The notes under the pieces were generated by a model. It was not told the origin of the DNA. It ran no database searches and saw only the letters and a list, made by a program, of their open reading frames with translations. Made by a program: the position numbers and the translations under genes. Positions 19,700 through 28,503 of a stretch of 64,000 bases of DNA are shown here, piece by piece (the first letter of the stretch is position 1; each line of letters begins with the position of its first letter). Origin of the DNA: Dehalococcoidia bacterium (GTDB taxonomy: Bacteria > Chloroflexota > Dehalococcoidia > GIF9 > AB-539-J10); contig JAXGQG010000002.1 of assembly GCA_040766535.1 (NCBI GenBank), positions 64,521 to 128,520 on the forward strand, in the 5' to 3' direction.

Positions 19700-20290
19700 A
19701 TGAGAACGCGGGCGTCTACCGAGCACAGTCTCAGGGCAACAAGCGCGGCACCATAAAGCGTTTCTCGGCAGCGTCTGCGCGGCGTCTGTTGCTGAACATC
19801 CGGAACACCCATGGCCGCGCTGGAAACCGGTCGTTCTGACATGCCCGGGCGTCTGGTTTCCAACTGACGGTCGCAAGGTCAAGCGCGACATCGACGCCTT
19901 CCTCAAGGTCCTCCGTCGACAGGGTTTCCGTGGCGTGTGGTGTCTGGAGTTCCAGGAGCGCGGAGCACCATGCTCACGTGTACGTCTACGGCCGGGTGCC
20001 AATACAGGAGTTAGCCGGGCGTGGTGGCGCATCGTGGGGTCCGGCGATCAGACCACCGTCATGCAGGGCTCCGTGTACGTCCTGTGCGTCATGCAGGCGC
20101 CTGGCTGGGTACCTGAAGAAGTCGTACATCGCAAAGGCAACACAGAAGGACGTTACCGGGGCCTATCAATCGGTCGGGCGGTTCTGGGGCGTGTTCGGAG
20201 GGGCGCGTCCAAATGGGAGGTCATGGGCGACGGAGACACCTTCATGAGCGATATGGTCCGGATGCTGCGCAGGTACGAGTACTCAACACG
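19700..20290 (+). pseudogene. Rolling-circle-type (HUH) replication initiator remnant
   Basis: Fragments in three frames: RFSAASARRLLLNIRN, VVLTCPGVWFPTDGRKVKRDIDAFLKVLRRQGFRGVWCLEFQERGAPHAHVYVYG (an HUH-like PHAHV) and AGYLKKSYIAKATQKDV..YQSVGRFWGVFG. These resemble plasmid/phage Rep proteins. Boundaries are approximate. Confidence 0.5.
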
Positions 20291-21538
20291 ACGGGCGACG
20301 GGATGGCGCAGACCTAAGGTGCGTGACGATGGACGTCATTCGAGAGTGTCATGCAGGACCGCAGAGGGGTTACGGCGAGTGCTCGCACACTCCGAGGAGC
20401 AATGGAAGCGGGAGCAAAGGAGGCTCAATGTCTGACTACTGGTGCGAAAAGCTATCATGCAGCAAGTACCCGTGCGCGGCTGTAAGAGCCGCAATCTCGA
20501 CTCCGGAAACCCCGGAGTTCTGCGTCTGTGCGGCGCGGAGATAGAGCGCGACAAACGGGGAGGCTGGAGCCATATGTGAGGCGCTTCATCAACGGTCTGG
20601 GTTTCCGGCGGATGCATGCGGAGTGCCTCAACGATGTGCTGCGGCCGACGACCACCAACACCGAAGCAATCGAGGAACGCGGGTACCCTCCGGGAACGGA
20701 AGGGCGGACCACCTGAGCGGCTGCCAGGCTGCGTACCGGACGGCTACGAAGAGGGCGCGGCTGGCTTGTCAGGACGGCAGGCGCACCGACCGCAACGGCG
20801 ACTGCTACCATCACGGCGCCTGTGGGGCCTTCCTGCGGCGGGCCGGGCCAGTCAAGGGCACGCGTAGCGGAGCCGGGGCAGAGTCTTGACGGGGCCGGTC
20901 CCGCCGAACAAGCTCGGTTTGGTGAGATGCCGAACGGTGAGAGCATCTCTTGCAAGCGGTAGCCCAGCGCTCTTGACATCATATCGGCATGGCTGTAGCA
21001 TAGGCGCATGTGCATCGAACTGCCAGAAGCACTCGAATGCCTCCGGTGCAGGCACAAGTGGATACCTCGGAAGGCCACGCCTCCGAAGACGTGCCGCGCT
21101 GTAACAGCCCGTACTGGAACAAGCCAAAGTGGAAGGGGGTCAAGAAGAGTGGTGACCATGTGACCGAACGTGAGTTGCGGCGAGTGCTGCGCAGGGTATC
21201 CGAACAGAGCGTAGTCAGGGTTGCGGCCGTCGGGAGACGTTTGGGTGGTTAGGAACGCCGTCGGAGTGGATTGTGAACGGACTCAGGTTGTGCTGTGGAC
21301 GTGTGCCATCAGAGGCTGGCTGGAAGTGCAGGCCAGCGCCATACCTGGTGGCTGGTCTGCAAGGGAAAAGTGTGGAACTACCACACGGCATGGGGTGGAA
21401 CATGCAGGTTCTTTACAGACTAACGCAGGCAGGTTGAATGCCATTGAGAAGACGCACCACTGGGTCGTGGCTACGTGTATCATCGCCGGATTTGGACTGG
21501 CGTTCACGGTCTTAAATATCTTCGCAGGGTGATTACAG

Positions 21539-23010
21539 ATGGGCGAAAGAGCGGCAATCTACTGTCGGGTATCCACTGAAGGCCAGGGGCAAGACGGCAC
21601 TAGCCTCGACACGCAGATGGACGCCTGCCTCAAGTACTGCAGACACGGCGCTGTGAGGTGGTGGCACGGTACACAGCAGACCTTCTCGGCTTGGCGCTGG
21701 AGCGCCCACGGCTGACCGAACTGCCGCGACCTGGTGCAGTCTGAGGCGATTGAGTGCGTGGTCGTCTACAGCCTGGACCGTTTCTCCCGTGACCCGGTGC
21801 ATGGTGTGATCTGATGCAGGAACTTGAAGCAGCGTCGCGCTGGAGGCGGCGACCAGGAACCAGTCGACAACTCCGAGGTGGGCAAGCTCGTGTTCTACAT
21901 CAAGGGCTACGCGGCCAAGTTGGATGCAGGCGCAGGCGTGACGCCACCGGACGCGGCAAGAAGGCGATGCTGAAGGCGGGCAAGCTGCCACAGGGCACCG
22001 GCATCGGCTTGTACGGGTACTCCTGGGTGCGCGAGTACAAGAAGCCAATCCCCATCGAGTCGGAAGCGCGTGTGGTGCAGCGCATCTTCGAAATGGTGGC
22101 GAAGGGTCAGAGCTGCTACAGCATCGCTCAAACACTGAACAAGGAAGGCATTCCCACACGAGCCGGGAAGCGCTGGGAAGCGGTCACAGTGAGCCGTCTT
22201 GTACGGAATCCGGCCTACTGCGGACTAACCTACTTCGGCCGCACGAAGGGCGGCAACGGCGAAGGGCCCAGTACCGGAAGAGGCATGGGTGCTGTTGCCC
22301 GACACTACTGAGCCAATCGTAGAACGGGAACTCTTCGACCAGGCACAGGCGGCGCTGGCGCGCTCAAGGAGCTTCGACCGGGCAGAGCACTACACGACTA
22401 TCCACTGACCGGCTTCGCATACTGCGGCTACTGTGGCAGCCCACTCGTGGGAAGCTGTCTCGGTGATATCAGTACTACCACTGCAGGGGCACCTACAACA
22501 CGGGAGCAGGTACGGGGCTGCAAGGCGCGTTACCTTTGCTGGCAATGACGAAGAGGTGGTATGGGAAGAGGTGAAGCGGTCACAAGCCAAGCCTGAGTTG
22601 CTGCTGGCCGAAGTCAGGCACAAGTAGAGGCTGGACAGGAAGAGGTATCGACCGGCGACCTGGACCGGGAGATTGCGGCACTGGAAGCGGAAGCTGAAAA
22701 TACCCAACCCGGGCGCCATCTGCTGAGCGCCTTCTGAAACTTGGATTCACTCCAGACGTGGTGCTGGACGAAATGAATGAGACGAAACGGGAGAAGGAAG
22801 CGGATTCCGCACGCCTGGACCAACTGCTAAAGACGAAAGAGAGTCTGGCGCGGGTCAGTGACATGGAGATTCATCTGCGGGAACTGTGCAGCCGGATAGT
22901 GACCGACCTGGACAACTGCTCCGCCCAGGACAAGAAAGACGCCTTCAGTGCCTGGACATCCGGGTCACAGCTACTCAGGAAGGCGTCGTCATCAAGGGCT
23001 ACGTTCTGAG
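21539..23010 (+). pseudogene. Large serine recombinase (integrase), many frameshifts and in-frame stops
   Basis: N-terminus MGERAAIYCRVSTEGQGQDGTSLDTQ with the catalytic-Ser context. Later blocks: VVVYSLDRFSRDPVHGVI, a recombinase-domain block (RVVQRIFEMVAKGQSCYSIAQTLNKEGIPTRAGKRWEAVTVSRLVRNPAYCG), a zinc-ribbon-like CGYCGSPLVG..YYHCRG and a coiled-coil tail. Fragments lie in all three frames. The last frame reads through the right repeat. Confidence 0.8.
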
Positions 23011-23016
23011 TCCTGG

Positions 23017-23047
23017 AATCCAACTACCACTGCACGAACATCGGCAT
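23017..23047. repeat. Right 31-bp direct repeat (att-like), overlapping the functional dnaN stop
   Basis: Identical to 16010-16040. Contains the dnaN stop (TAG, complement of 23024-23026) and its last 7 codons. Confidence 0.85.
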
Positions 23048-24157
23048 TATCACGTGAACGTAGTTGTCCGTGCCGAGGGGGCGTACGACACCCGGGCTGG
23101 ACGGGGTGGTTACCTCTAGTGCAACCTGTGACTGCTTGATGACGCCGAGCACGTCGAGCAGGTATTTCACATTGAAGGCGATCTTGGCCTCATTGCCGTC
23201 CACCAGCGCATCGAGGTCGCCGGTGTTGCCGCCGACTTCCTCGGCCTGGGCTGTCACCGTGATCTTCCCGGCCTTCATGTCGCCGCCGGGAGTGACAAGC
23301 AGCCTGACGATATTGCTGGCATCCCGCGCAAACACGGACGCCATCTTCGAGACGCGCGTGAACTCGCTCACCTCGGCGACGGCCCTGGTGTCATATTTCT
23401 GCGGGATGACCTGCGAGTAGTTCGGGAACGTGCCCTGAATGAGCTGTGTCACGATCTCCGCGCTGTTCAGTCGGAAGAGCGCCTGGCTCCGCTGTTCGTT
23501 CACCGCCACGTAGACCGGTTCCTCCTGCTCACCCAGCAGGCGATGGATCTCCGTGAGCGTCCGGGCCGGCACGATGATGGTGGTCTTGCCCTCAACCGCC
23601 CGAGACAGCGGCATGCGGTAGACGGCCAGACGGAAACCATCGGCAGCGGCAAGCGTCAAACGCTCACCCTCGAATTCGAGGTTGATGCCGGTGAGCACCG
23701 GGCGAGACTCGTCAGTGGCCGCCGCCATTGCGACGCGCACGATGCCCTCGCGCAACCCATCCGCGCCGATCTCGGCGGTCATGGACTCGCCCACCTCGGG
23801 CACGGGCGGAAAATCGTCGGCGTCGATGCCATTCATGTGAGCCTGGAAGCGGCCGCAGGTGAACTGCACGGTGCGCCCGCCGGCAGGCATCTCGATGCTG
23901 ACCAGTTCGTTGGGCAGTGAATTCACGAATTCACCCAACAGCCGCGCCGGCACGGTGATGCTGCCCTCTTCCTCAACCTTCGCGCCCACCCAGCAGGTAG
24001 TGGCCATCTCGAGGTTGGTGGCCACCAGCTTGAGGCGCGATTCCTCGGCGACGATGAGGATGTTCTGGGCCACCGGCAACGTCGACCTCACCGCCACGGA
24101 CCTGCCCACCATGCCCAGACCTCGGCTCAGGTTCTCCTGAAGACACGACACTCTCAT
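23024..24157 (-). CDS. dnaN: DNA polymerase III beta subunit (sliding clamp)
   Basis: 377-aa ORF, DnaN-like along its whole length (LSRGLGMVGRSVAVRSTLPVAQNILI..., ...GTDNYVHVIMPMFVQW). Confidence 0.95.
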   Translation of the reverse strand: MRVSCLQENLSRGLGMVGRSVAVRSTLPVAQNILIVAEESRLKLVATNLEMATTCWVGAKVEEEGSITVPARLLGEFVNSLPNELVSIEMPAGGRTVQFTCGRFQAHMNGIDADDFPPVPEVGESMTAEIGADGLREGIVRVAMAAATDESRPVLTGINLEFEGERLTLAAADGFRLAVYRMPLSRAVEGKTTIIVPARTLTEIHRLLGEQEEPVYVAVNEQRSQALFRLNSAEIVTQLIQGTFPNYSQVIPQKYDTRAVAEVSEFTRVSKMASVFARDASNIVRLLVTPGGDMKAGKITVTAQAEEVGGNTGDLDALVDGNEAKIAFNVKYLLDVLGVIKQSQVALEVTTPSSPGVVRPLGTDNYVHVIMPMFVQW

Positions 24158-24191
24158 ACGTCTACCTCCTCAAATCGGGGACCTAATGATA

Positions 24192-24812
24192 CTATCGGCC
24201 CTTCGGACCGTCAATGAATCGCTGGATAACCGGACGCGCCGCCGCCGCCGCCCTGCCGCGGTGACTGAGGCGGTTCTTCACTTCCGGCGGCAACTGGGCC
24301 ATCGTGAGTCCAAGATCGGGCAACAGGAATGCCGGATCGTACCCGAAGCCACTCTCGCCGCGAGGTTCCGTCACGATGCTGCCGGGACACACTCCCGTGC
24401 AAAAGGCCACTTCTCCTGAAGGAGTGGCGATGGCGATGACACACACGAAGCGCGCGCCGCGCCGTTCGGGAGGTACTCCCCGCAACTTCTGCAGCAGATA
24501 CGCCACACGCTCGGCGTCCGTCGCGTGCTCTCCCGCGTAGCGCGCCGAGCGAATGCCCGGCTCGCCGCCGAGCGCTTCGACCTCGAGGCCGGAGTCATCC
24601 GCCAGCGTCAACAACCCGGAACGGGCCGCACACTCCACGGCCTTGATGCGGGCGTTCTCTTCGAACGTTGTGCCCGTCTCCGGGATATCGCCGTCCAGGC
24701 CGACATCGCTCAGAGACAGTAGTTCACAATCCAGCCCGTGCAACAGGGCCCGATACTCCGCAACCTTCCCTTTGTTCGCGCTCGCGATCAGCAGTCTGAG
24801 TCTATTTGCCAT
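24192..24812 (-). CDS. rdgB: dITP/XTP pyrophosphatase (RdgB/HAM1 family)
   Basis: LLIASANKGKVAEYRALL, TFEENARIKA, ADDSGLEVEALGGEPGIRSARYAG, GFGYDP, SHRGRA. The start overlaps the upstream fbp end by 11 nt. Confidence 0.9.
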   Translation of the reverse strand: MANRLRLLIASANKGKVAEYRALLHGLDCELLSLSDVGLDGDIPETGTTFEENARIKAVECAARSGLLTLADDSGLEVEALGGEPGIRSARYAGEHATDAERVAYLLQKLRGVPPERRGARFVCVIAIATPSGEVAFCTGVCPGSIVTEPRGESGFGYDPAFLLPDLGLTMAQLPPEVKNRLSHRGRAAAAARPVIQRFIDGPKGR

Positions 24813-25911
24813 CTATCGGTTCGAACCGCGACGCAAGCCTCCCGCTCACCTCGGGCATCGTAGTATATTCCATCTCATCAAGCGGCAGCCTGTGCGGCTC
24901 GAACGGGCCGATGCTGCGCAGCGTATCGGCCAATTGCAGCGCCCGATCCCGGGCTGGGTTGAAGGCAACATCTCCGAACAGATCGGTCGGCCCCACCAGC
25001 ATCCCATTGGCCAACTGGAAGCCAGCCGCGATGCAGCGGGGCGGGCCATCGAACCTGGTGCAGCGCGCATCAGCAAAGCCCACCGGCAGAAGCGGGCCGT
25101 TGTGTGAGCCACGCATCCACCCTTCCACGATGTTGACTCCCGCGAATGCCTCCAGTATCTCGCCCACCGCGGGGAACGCCCCCTGGCAACGCACGACGAG
25201 CACCGGATCGTCCTTGCCGACATAGCGGCCCGCGAGCATGCTGAGTTTCTGGGTGGATGCCGAGGCTGCGATCTGGCCCGAGTCACGGTGATACACGTTT
25301 TTCACCGCGAAATGGCCCGGCGACCCCAGATAGATGAGCATGTCATACAGTTCTTCCGGCGCGGCGAAGACTATCTTCTTCGCCTGCACCACGTCATGAA
25401 CCTCGAAACTGAATCCCCCGTGCAGGCTCGGCGCGATGACGAGCCCCGGCGTGTTGAACGGGTCGGCGAACATCCGGTACAACGGCAGGTTCCATGCCCC
25501 CGAGGCGGTCTTATCCGCCATGAACACGATGATCGTCTCGGCGTCCCGCTCCGAGACCGTCATCTCGGCAAGTCCCGGTCCCATTCCTTTCACGTTGCCG
25601 GCGAACGCATCGCAGAGCAGGTCCTGTCCTGCGCCGTGGAGCTTCAGCCGTTTGGCCAGCGCCGTGCAGTCGCTGAACACGTCCCACGCGAGATGGTGAA
25701 CGACCTCGTTGTCCTCGCCATGCTGGTGGGTCATGATGAGCTGAAGGTCATCACCGCAGTTGAGAACGCGGTAGTCCAGCACCTGTCCGCGCCCTTTAGC
25801 GGCCGCCATCAACTCATCGGCCCGTGCAAGCGTGTCGGGGTGAACGACAGAATGGCCTACCCAGCCACCGATGTCAGCCTTGATGGCACTGAGCGTGACG
25901 TTCATCGACAC
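24802..25911 (-). CDS. fbp: Bifunctional fructose-1,6-bisphosphate aldolase/phosphatase (class V FBPase)
   Basis: 369-aa ORF with the family-typical N-terminus TLSAIKADIGGWVGHS and length. Conserved blocks include MTHQHGEDNEVVHHLAWDVF, GAGQDLL.DAFAGNVKGMGPG and GWMRGSHNGPLLPV. Confidence 0.9.
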   Translation of the reverse strand: MSMNVTLSAIKADIGGWVGHSVVHPDTLARADELMAAAKGRGQVLDYRVLNCGDDLQLIMTHQHGEDNEVVHHLAWDVFSDCTALAKRLKLHGAGQDLLCDAFAGNVKGMGPGLAEMTVSERDAETIIVFMADKTASGAWNLPLYRMFADPFNTPGLVIAPSLHGGFSFEVHDVVQAKKIVFAAPEELYDMLIYLGSPGHFAVKNVYHRDSGQIAASASTQKLSMLAGRYVGKDDPVLVVRCQGAFPAVGEILEAFAGVNIVEGWMRGSHNGPLLPVGFADARCTRFDGPPRCIAAGFQLANGMLVGPTDLFGDVAFNPARDRALQLADTLRSIGPFEPHRLPLDEMEYTTMPEVSGRLASRFEPIDGK

Positions 25912-25988
25912 CTCCTCTACCCGATCTACCCAACTGCCCGTAAACAGGAGTGATGCGTTGAACGAACGATCCGGGAGCAGCTACTTGA

Positions 25989-26017
25989 AGTCTAGCAACG
26001 GCCAAACTGGGGGTCAA
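25989..26017 (-). promoter_or_regulatory. Putative promoter of the fbp-rdgB-dnaN transcription unit
   Basis: On the minus strand: TTGACC (complement of 26012-26017), 17-nt spacer, TAGACT (complement of 25989-25994). It is about 75 nt upstream of the fbp start and immediately adjacent to the 18-bp repeats. Confidence 0.4.
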
Positions 26018-26018
26018 T

Positions 26019-26069
26019 AGGCGGTCGTACGAATGTAGGCGGTCGTACGAATGTAGGCGGTCGTACGAA
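26019..26069. repeat. 18-bp tandem repeat (2.8 copies), each copy containing the 8-bp palindrome TCGTACGA
   Basis: AGGCGGTCGTACGAATGT occurs twice, followed by AGGCGGTCGTACGAA. Palindromes lie at 26025-26032, 26043-26050 and 26061-26068. The array sits between the stop of the FAD gene (26078) and the putative fbp -35. Confidence 0.85.
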
Positions 26070-26077
26070 CAGCAACC

Positions 26078-27463
26078 TCAGCCGCGTTTCAGTATCTCCC
26101 GCGCGGCTACCACTCCGGACGCCGATGCCTGTACCAGCCCGCGGCTGACGCCGGCGCCGTCGCCCACCGCGAAGAGGTTCGAGATGCCGGTCTCCAGACA
26201 CGGACTGAGCCTGAGCCGACCGGAGTAGAACTTGACCTCAACGCCGTAGAGCAGCGTATGAGGCGAGGCGATGCCGGGAACGAACCGGTCGAGCGCTCTC
26301 AGCATCTCGACTATGTCCGTCAGGTAGCGGTATGGCAGCACGAAACTGAGGTCGCCCGGCGTTGCCGACTTGAGCGACGGCCGTACCAGGCTGCGGGCGA
26401 TGCGCGCCTCCGTCGACCTGCGCCCCTCCAGCAGGTCGCCGAGCCGCTGCACCAGCACCCCACCGCTCAACAGGTTCGCCAGCCTGGCGAGGTACTTGCC
26501 GTAGGCGATAGGCTGATGGAACGGCTCCGTGAACGAGGTCGAGACGAGCACGGCGAAATTTGTGTTCGCCGTCTTACGTTCCGCATAGCCAACGCCGTTG
26601 ACGGTGACCACCGGATCGTCGCCGCCGGTCGACTCCATCACCACATCCCCGTTGGGACACATGCAGAACGTGCGCACGCGATCGTCGAACGTGGCGGAGT
26701 AGTACTCGATCTTGGCCTCGTACAGCGCGCGGCACAGTTCCTCGGTCACCGTGGCGGGAACCTCAACCCGAACGCCGACATCCACTGGATTCGCCTCAAC
26801 GGTCTGACCGAGAGAACCCGCCTGTAACGTGAGCCACTCAGCGCCCTCGCGCCCGGGGGCGCAGATGAGGTAGCGGCAGCGCAGCAGCTCGCCCGACGCC
26901 AGCCGCAGTCCCGCCACAGAACCGTGTTCGGTCACGATGTCGACCACATCAGAGCGGACTCTTATGTCGATTCTCGTGCGCAGGTGTGCCCGCATCGCCT
27001 CAAGCACACGGCGGCAGTACTCGCAGCCGAGGTGACGGATGCGCACAGGCACCAGCCTCAGGCCGGCCAGCATCGCCCTGTTGACCAGGGCGTCCACGGA
27101 CGGGTCCTCCCCGAAGAGGCGGTCAGGCGCTCCGAAGCGAACGTAGACGGAGTCCACGTAGTCGATGAGCGAACCCAATTCGCCGGGAGACAACAACGTA
27201 CCCAGGAGCCCTCCCACATCCTGCGACAGCGTCAGCTTCCCGTCGCTGTACGCCCCCGCCCCACCGAAGCCGCTGACCATGCTGCACGGACGGCAGGAGA
27301 CACACGTGCCGGACTTGCCGGCGATAGGACAGACGCGCTCTTCGAGATCGCGTCCCTTTTCCAGAAGCAGAATGCGCAGGCCGGAGTCCGCCAGTTCGAG
27401 CGCCGAGTGTATCCCTGCCGGCCCCGCACCAACGATGATAACGTCGTAGCGTTGACTGCCCAT
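26078..27463 (-). CDS. Uncharacterised FAD-dependent dehydrogenase (COG2509-like)
   Basis: MGSQRYDVIIVGAGPAGIHSALELA dinucleotide fold. Also C-x2-C-x2-C (GTCVSCRPC) and a C-terminal NLFAVGDGAGVSRG. Start ATG 27463 was chosen within ORF 26078..27532. Confidence 0.8.
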   Translation of the reverse strand: MGSQRYDVIIVGAGPAGIHSALELADSGLRILLLEKGRDLEERVCPIAGKSGTCVSCRPCSMVSGFGGAGAYSDGKLTLSQDVGGLLGTLLSPGELGSLIDYVDSVYVRFGAPDRLFGEDPSVDALVNRAMLAGLRLVPVRIRHLGCEYCRRVLEAMRAHLRTRIDIRVRSDVVDIVTEHGSVAGLRLASGELLRCRYLICAPGREGAEWLTLQAGSLGQTVEANPVDVGVRVEVPATVTEELCRALYEAKIEYYSATFDDRVRTFCMCPNGDVVMESTGGDDPVVTVNGVGYAERKTANTNFAVLVSTSFTEPFHQPIAYGKYLARLANLLSGGVLVQRLGDLLEGRRSTEARIARSLVRPSLKSATPGDLSFVLPYRYLTDIVEMLRALDRFVPGIASPHTLLYGVEVKFYSGRLRLSPCLETGISNLFAVGDGAGVSRGLVQASASGVVAAREILKRG

Positions 27464-27609
27464 CACACCCCCACCCACAGTGTCCCTCTGTCCGATTGTA
27501 GGCACCGCGAACCGTCCGGTCAATCCGCGCAAACCACGAGATGGGTACGCCCCTCACTCCGGGACAGAGGTCTCAACGCTCCAACGTGAACGTGCTAGGA
27601 TAGCCGCAT

Positions 27610-28503
27610 ATGGAGCCCGCCCCCAGAGCACCCAGCACCATGTCGCAGTTGAAAGGCGACCTGCGGCAACGGGGCTTGCGTCCCAGGAAGAGCCTGGGAC
27701 AGCATTTCCTCGTCGACCGGGGCATACTGCGAGCCATCGCCGCAGCCGCCGGCCTGAGCAGCGATGACACGGTCATCGAGGTGGGGCCGGGTACGGGACT
27801 GCTGACCACAGAGTTGCAGGCGCTGGCCGGGGAGGTTATCGCCGTTGAACTCGACCACGGGATGGTAACCCTGTTGCGTGAATCGTTCCCGGCAGATGGC
27901 AACGTGCACATCGTCGAGGGAGATATCCTGCGGCTGTCCCCGGCGGAGCTTCTGCGCGACCACAGCGCGCGGCAGGCCGGCGCGTACAAGGTGGTCGCCA
28001 ACCTGCCGTACTACATCACCTCGCCGGTTCTGCGCCACTTCCTGCACGCGGAACTCAGGCCGAGCACCATGGTGGTCATGGTGCAGGAGGAGGTGGGGAA
28101 CGCGATGAAGGCCGGGCCAGGAGATATGAGCCTGCTTAGTGTGAGCGTCCAGGCCTTCGCGCGCGTTTCCGCGGTGCGGCGAGTCTCCGCCCGCTCCTTC
28201 CATCCCCCACCGAAGGTCAACTCGCTTGTGTTGCGGCTGGATATGCGCGAATCCCCACCCATTCCACACTCGGAGGTCGACGCCTTCCTTGATTTCGTGG
28301 GAGCGGGGTTCCACTCTCCGCGAAAACAGCTGCGCAATTCCTTCGGCCACGGCCTCGGGGCGGAACGTGACCACGTGGATGCGTTGCTGTCGGCCGGGGA
28401 CATCGAACCCACCAGGAGGCCGGAGACGCTGACGGTGGACGAATGGGTACGCCTGTGGCGTATCCACACTGCCATGCCGCGCGAAGGGACGACACCATGT
28501 TGA
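27610..28503 (+). CDS. rsmA: 16S rRNA (adenine1518/1519-N6)-dimethyltransferase
   Basis: SLGQHFLVD, VIEVGPGTGLLT, VVANLPYYITSP. ATG 27640 is an alternative start. Confidence 0.85.
   Translation: MEPAPRAPSTMSQLKGDLRQRGLRPRKSLGQHFLVDRGILRAIAAAAGLSSDDTVIEVGPGTGLLTTELQALAGEVIAVELDHGMVTLLRESFPADGNVHIVEGDILRLSPAELLRDHSARQAGAYKVVANLPYYITSPVLRHFLHAELRPSTMVVMVQEEVGNAMKAGPGDMSLLSVSVQAFARVSAVRRVSARSFHPPPKVNSLVLRLDMRESPPIPHSEVDAFLDFVGAGFHSPRKQLRNSFGHGLGAERDHVDALLSAGDIEPTRRPETLTVDEWVRLWRIHTAMPREGTTPC

Larger units (their letters stand above)
16010..23047. mobile_element. Decayed integrative element of about 7 kb (integrated plasmid/phage-like island) in the dnaN 3' end
   Basis: Bounded by perfect 31-bp direct repeats. 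Contains a serine recombinase next to the right end, an HUH Rep-like remnant and a DNA MTase-nuclease fusion, all multiply frameshifted. GC is visibly lower than in the flanks. Confidence 0.7.

Noticed and set aside
18232-21532. Numerous 60-230-aa ORFs on both strands inside the island (for example 20455..21159 -, 19935..20435 +, 18242..18751 +)
   Set aside because: Apart from the Rep-like fragments, none shows recognisable motifs or consistent coding composition. They overlap one another in different frames, as expected for decayed sequence.
24158-24191. Looked for oriC / DnaA boxes next to dnaN, and in other intergenic regions of 23-27.6 kb
   Set aside because: No TTATCCACA-like motif cluster or AT-rich unwinding element was seen, so no origin call is made.
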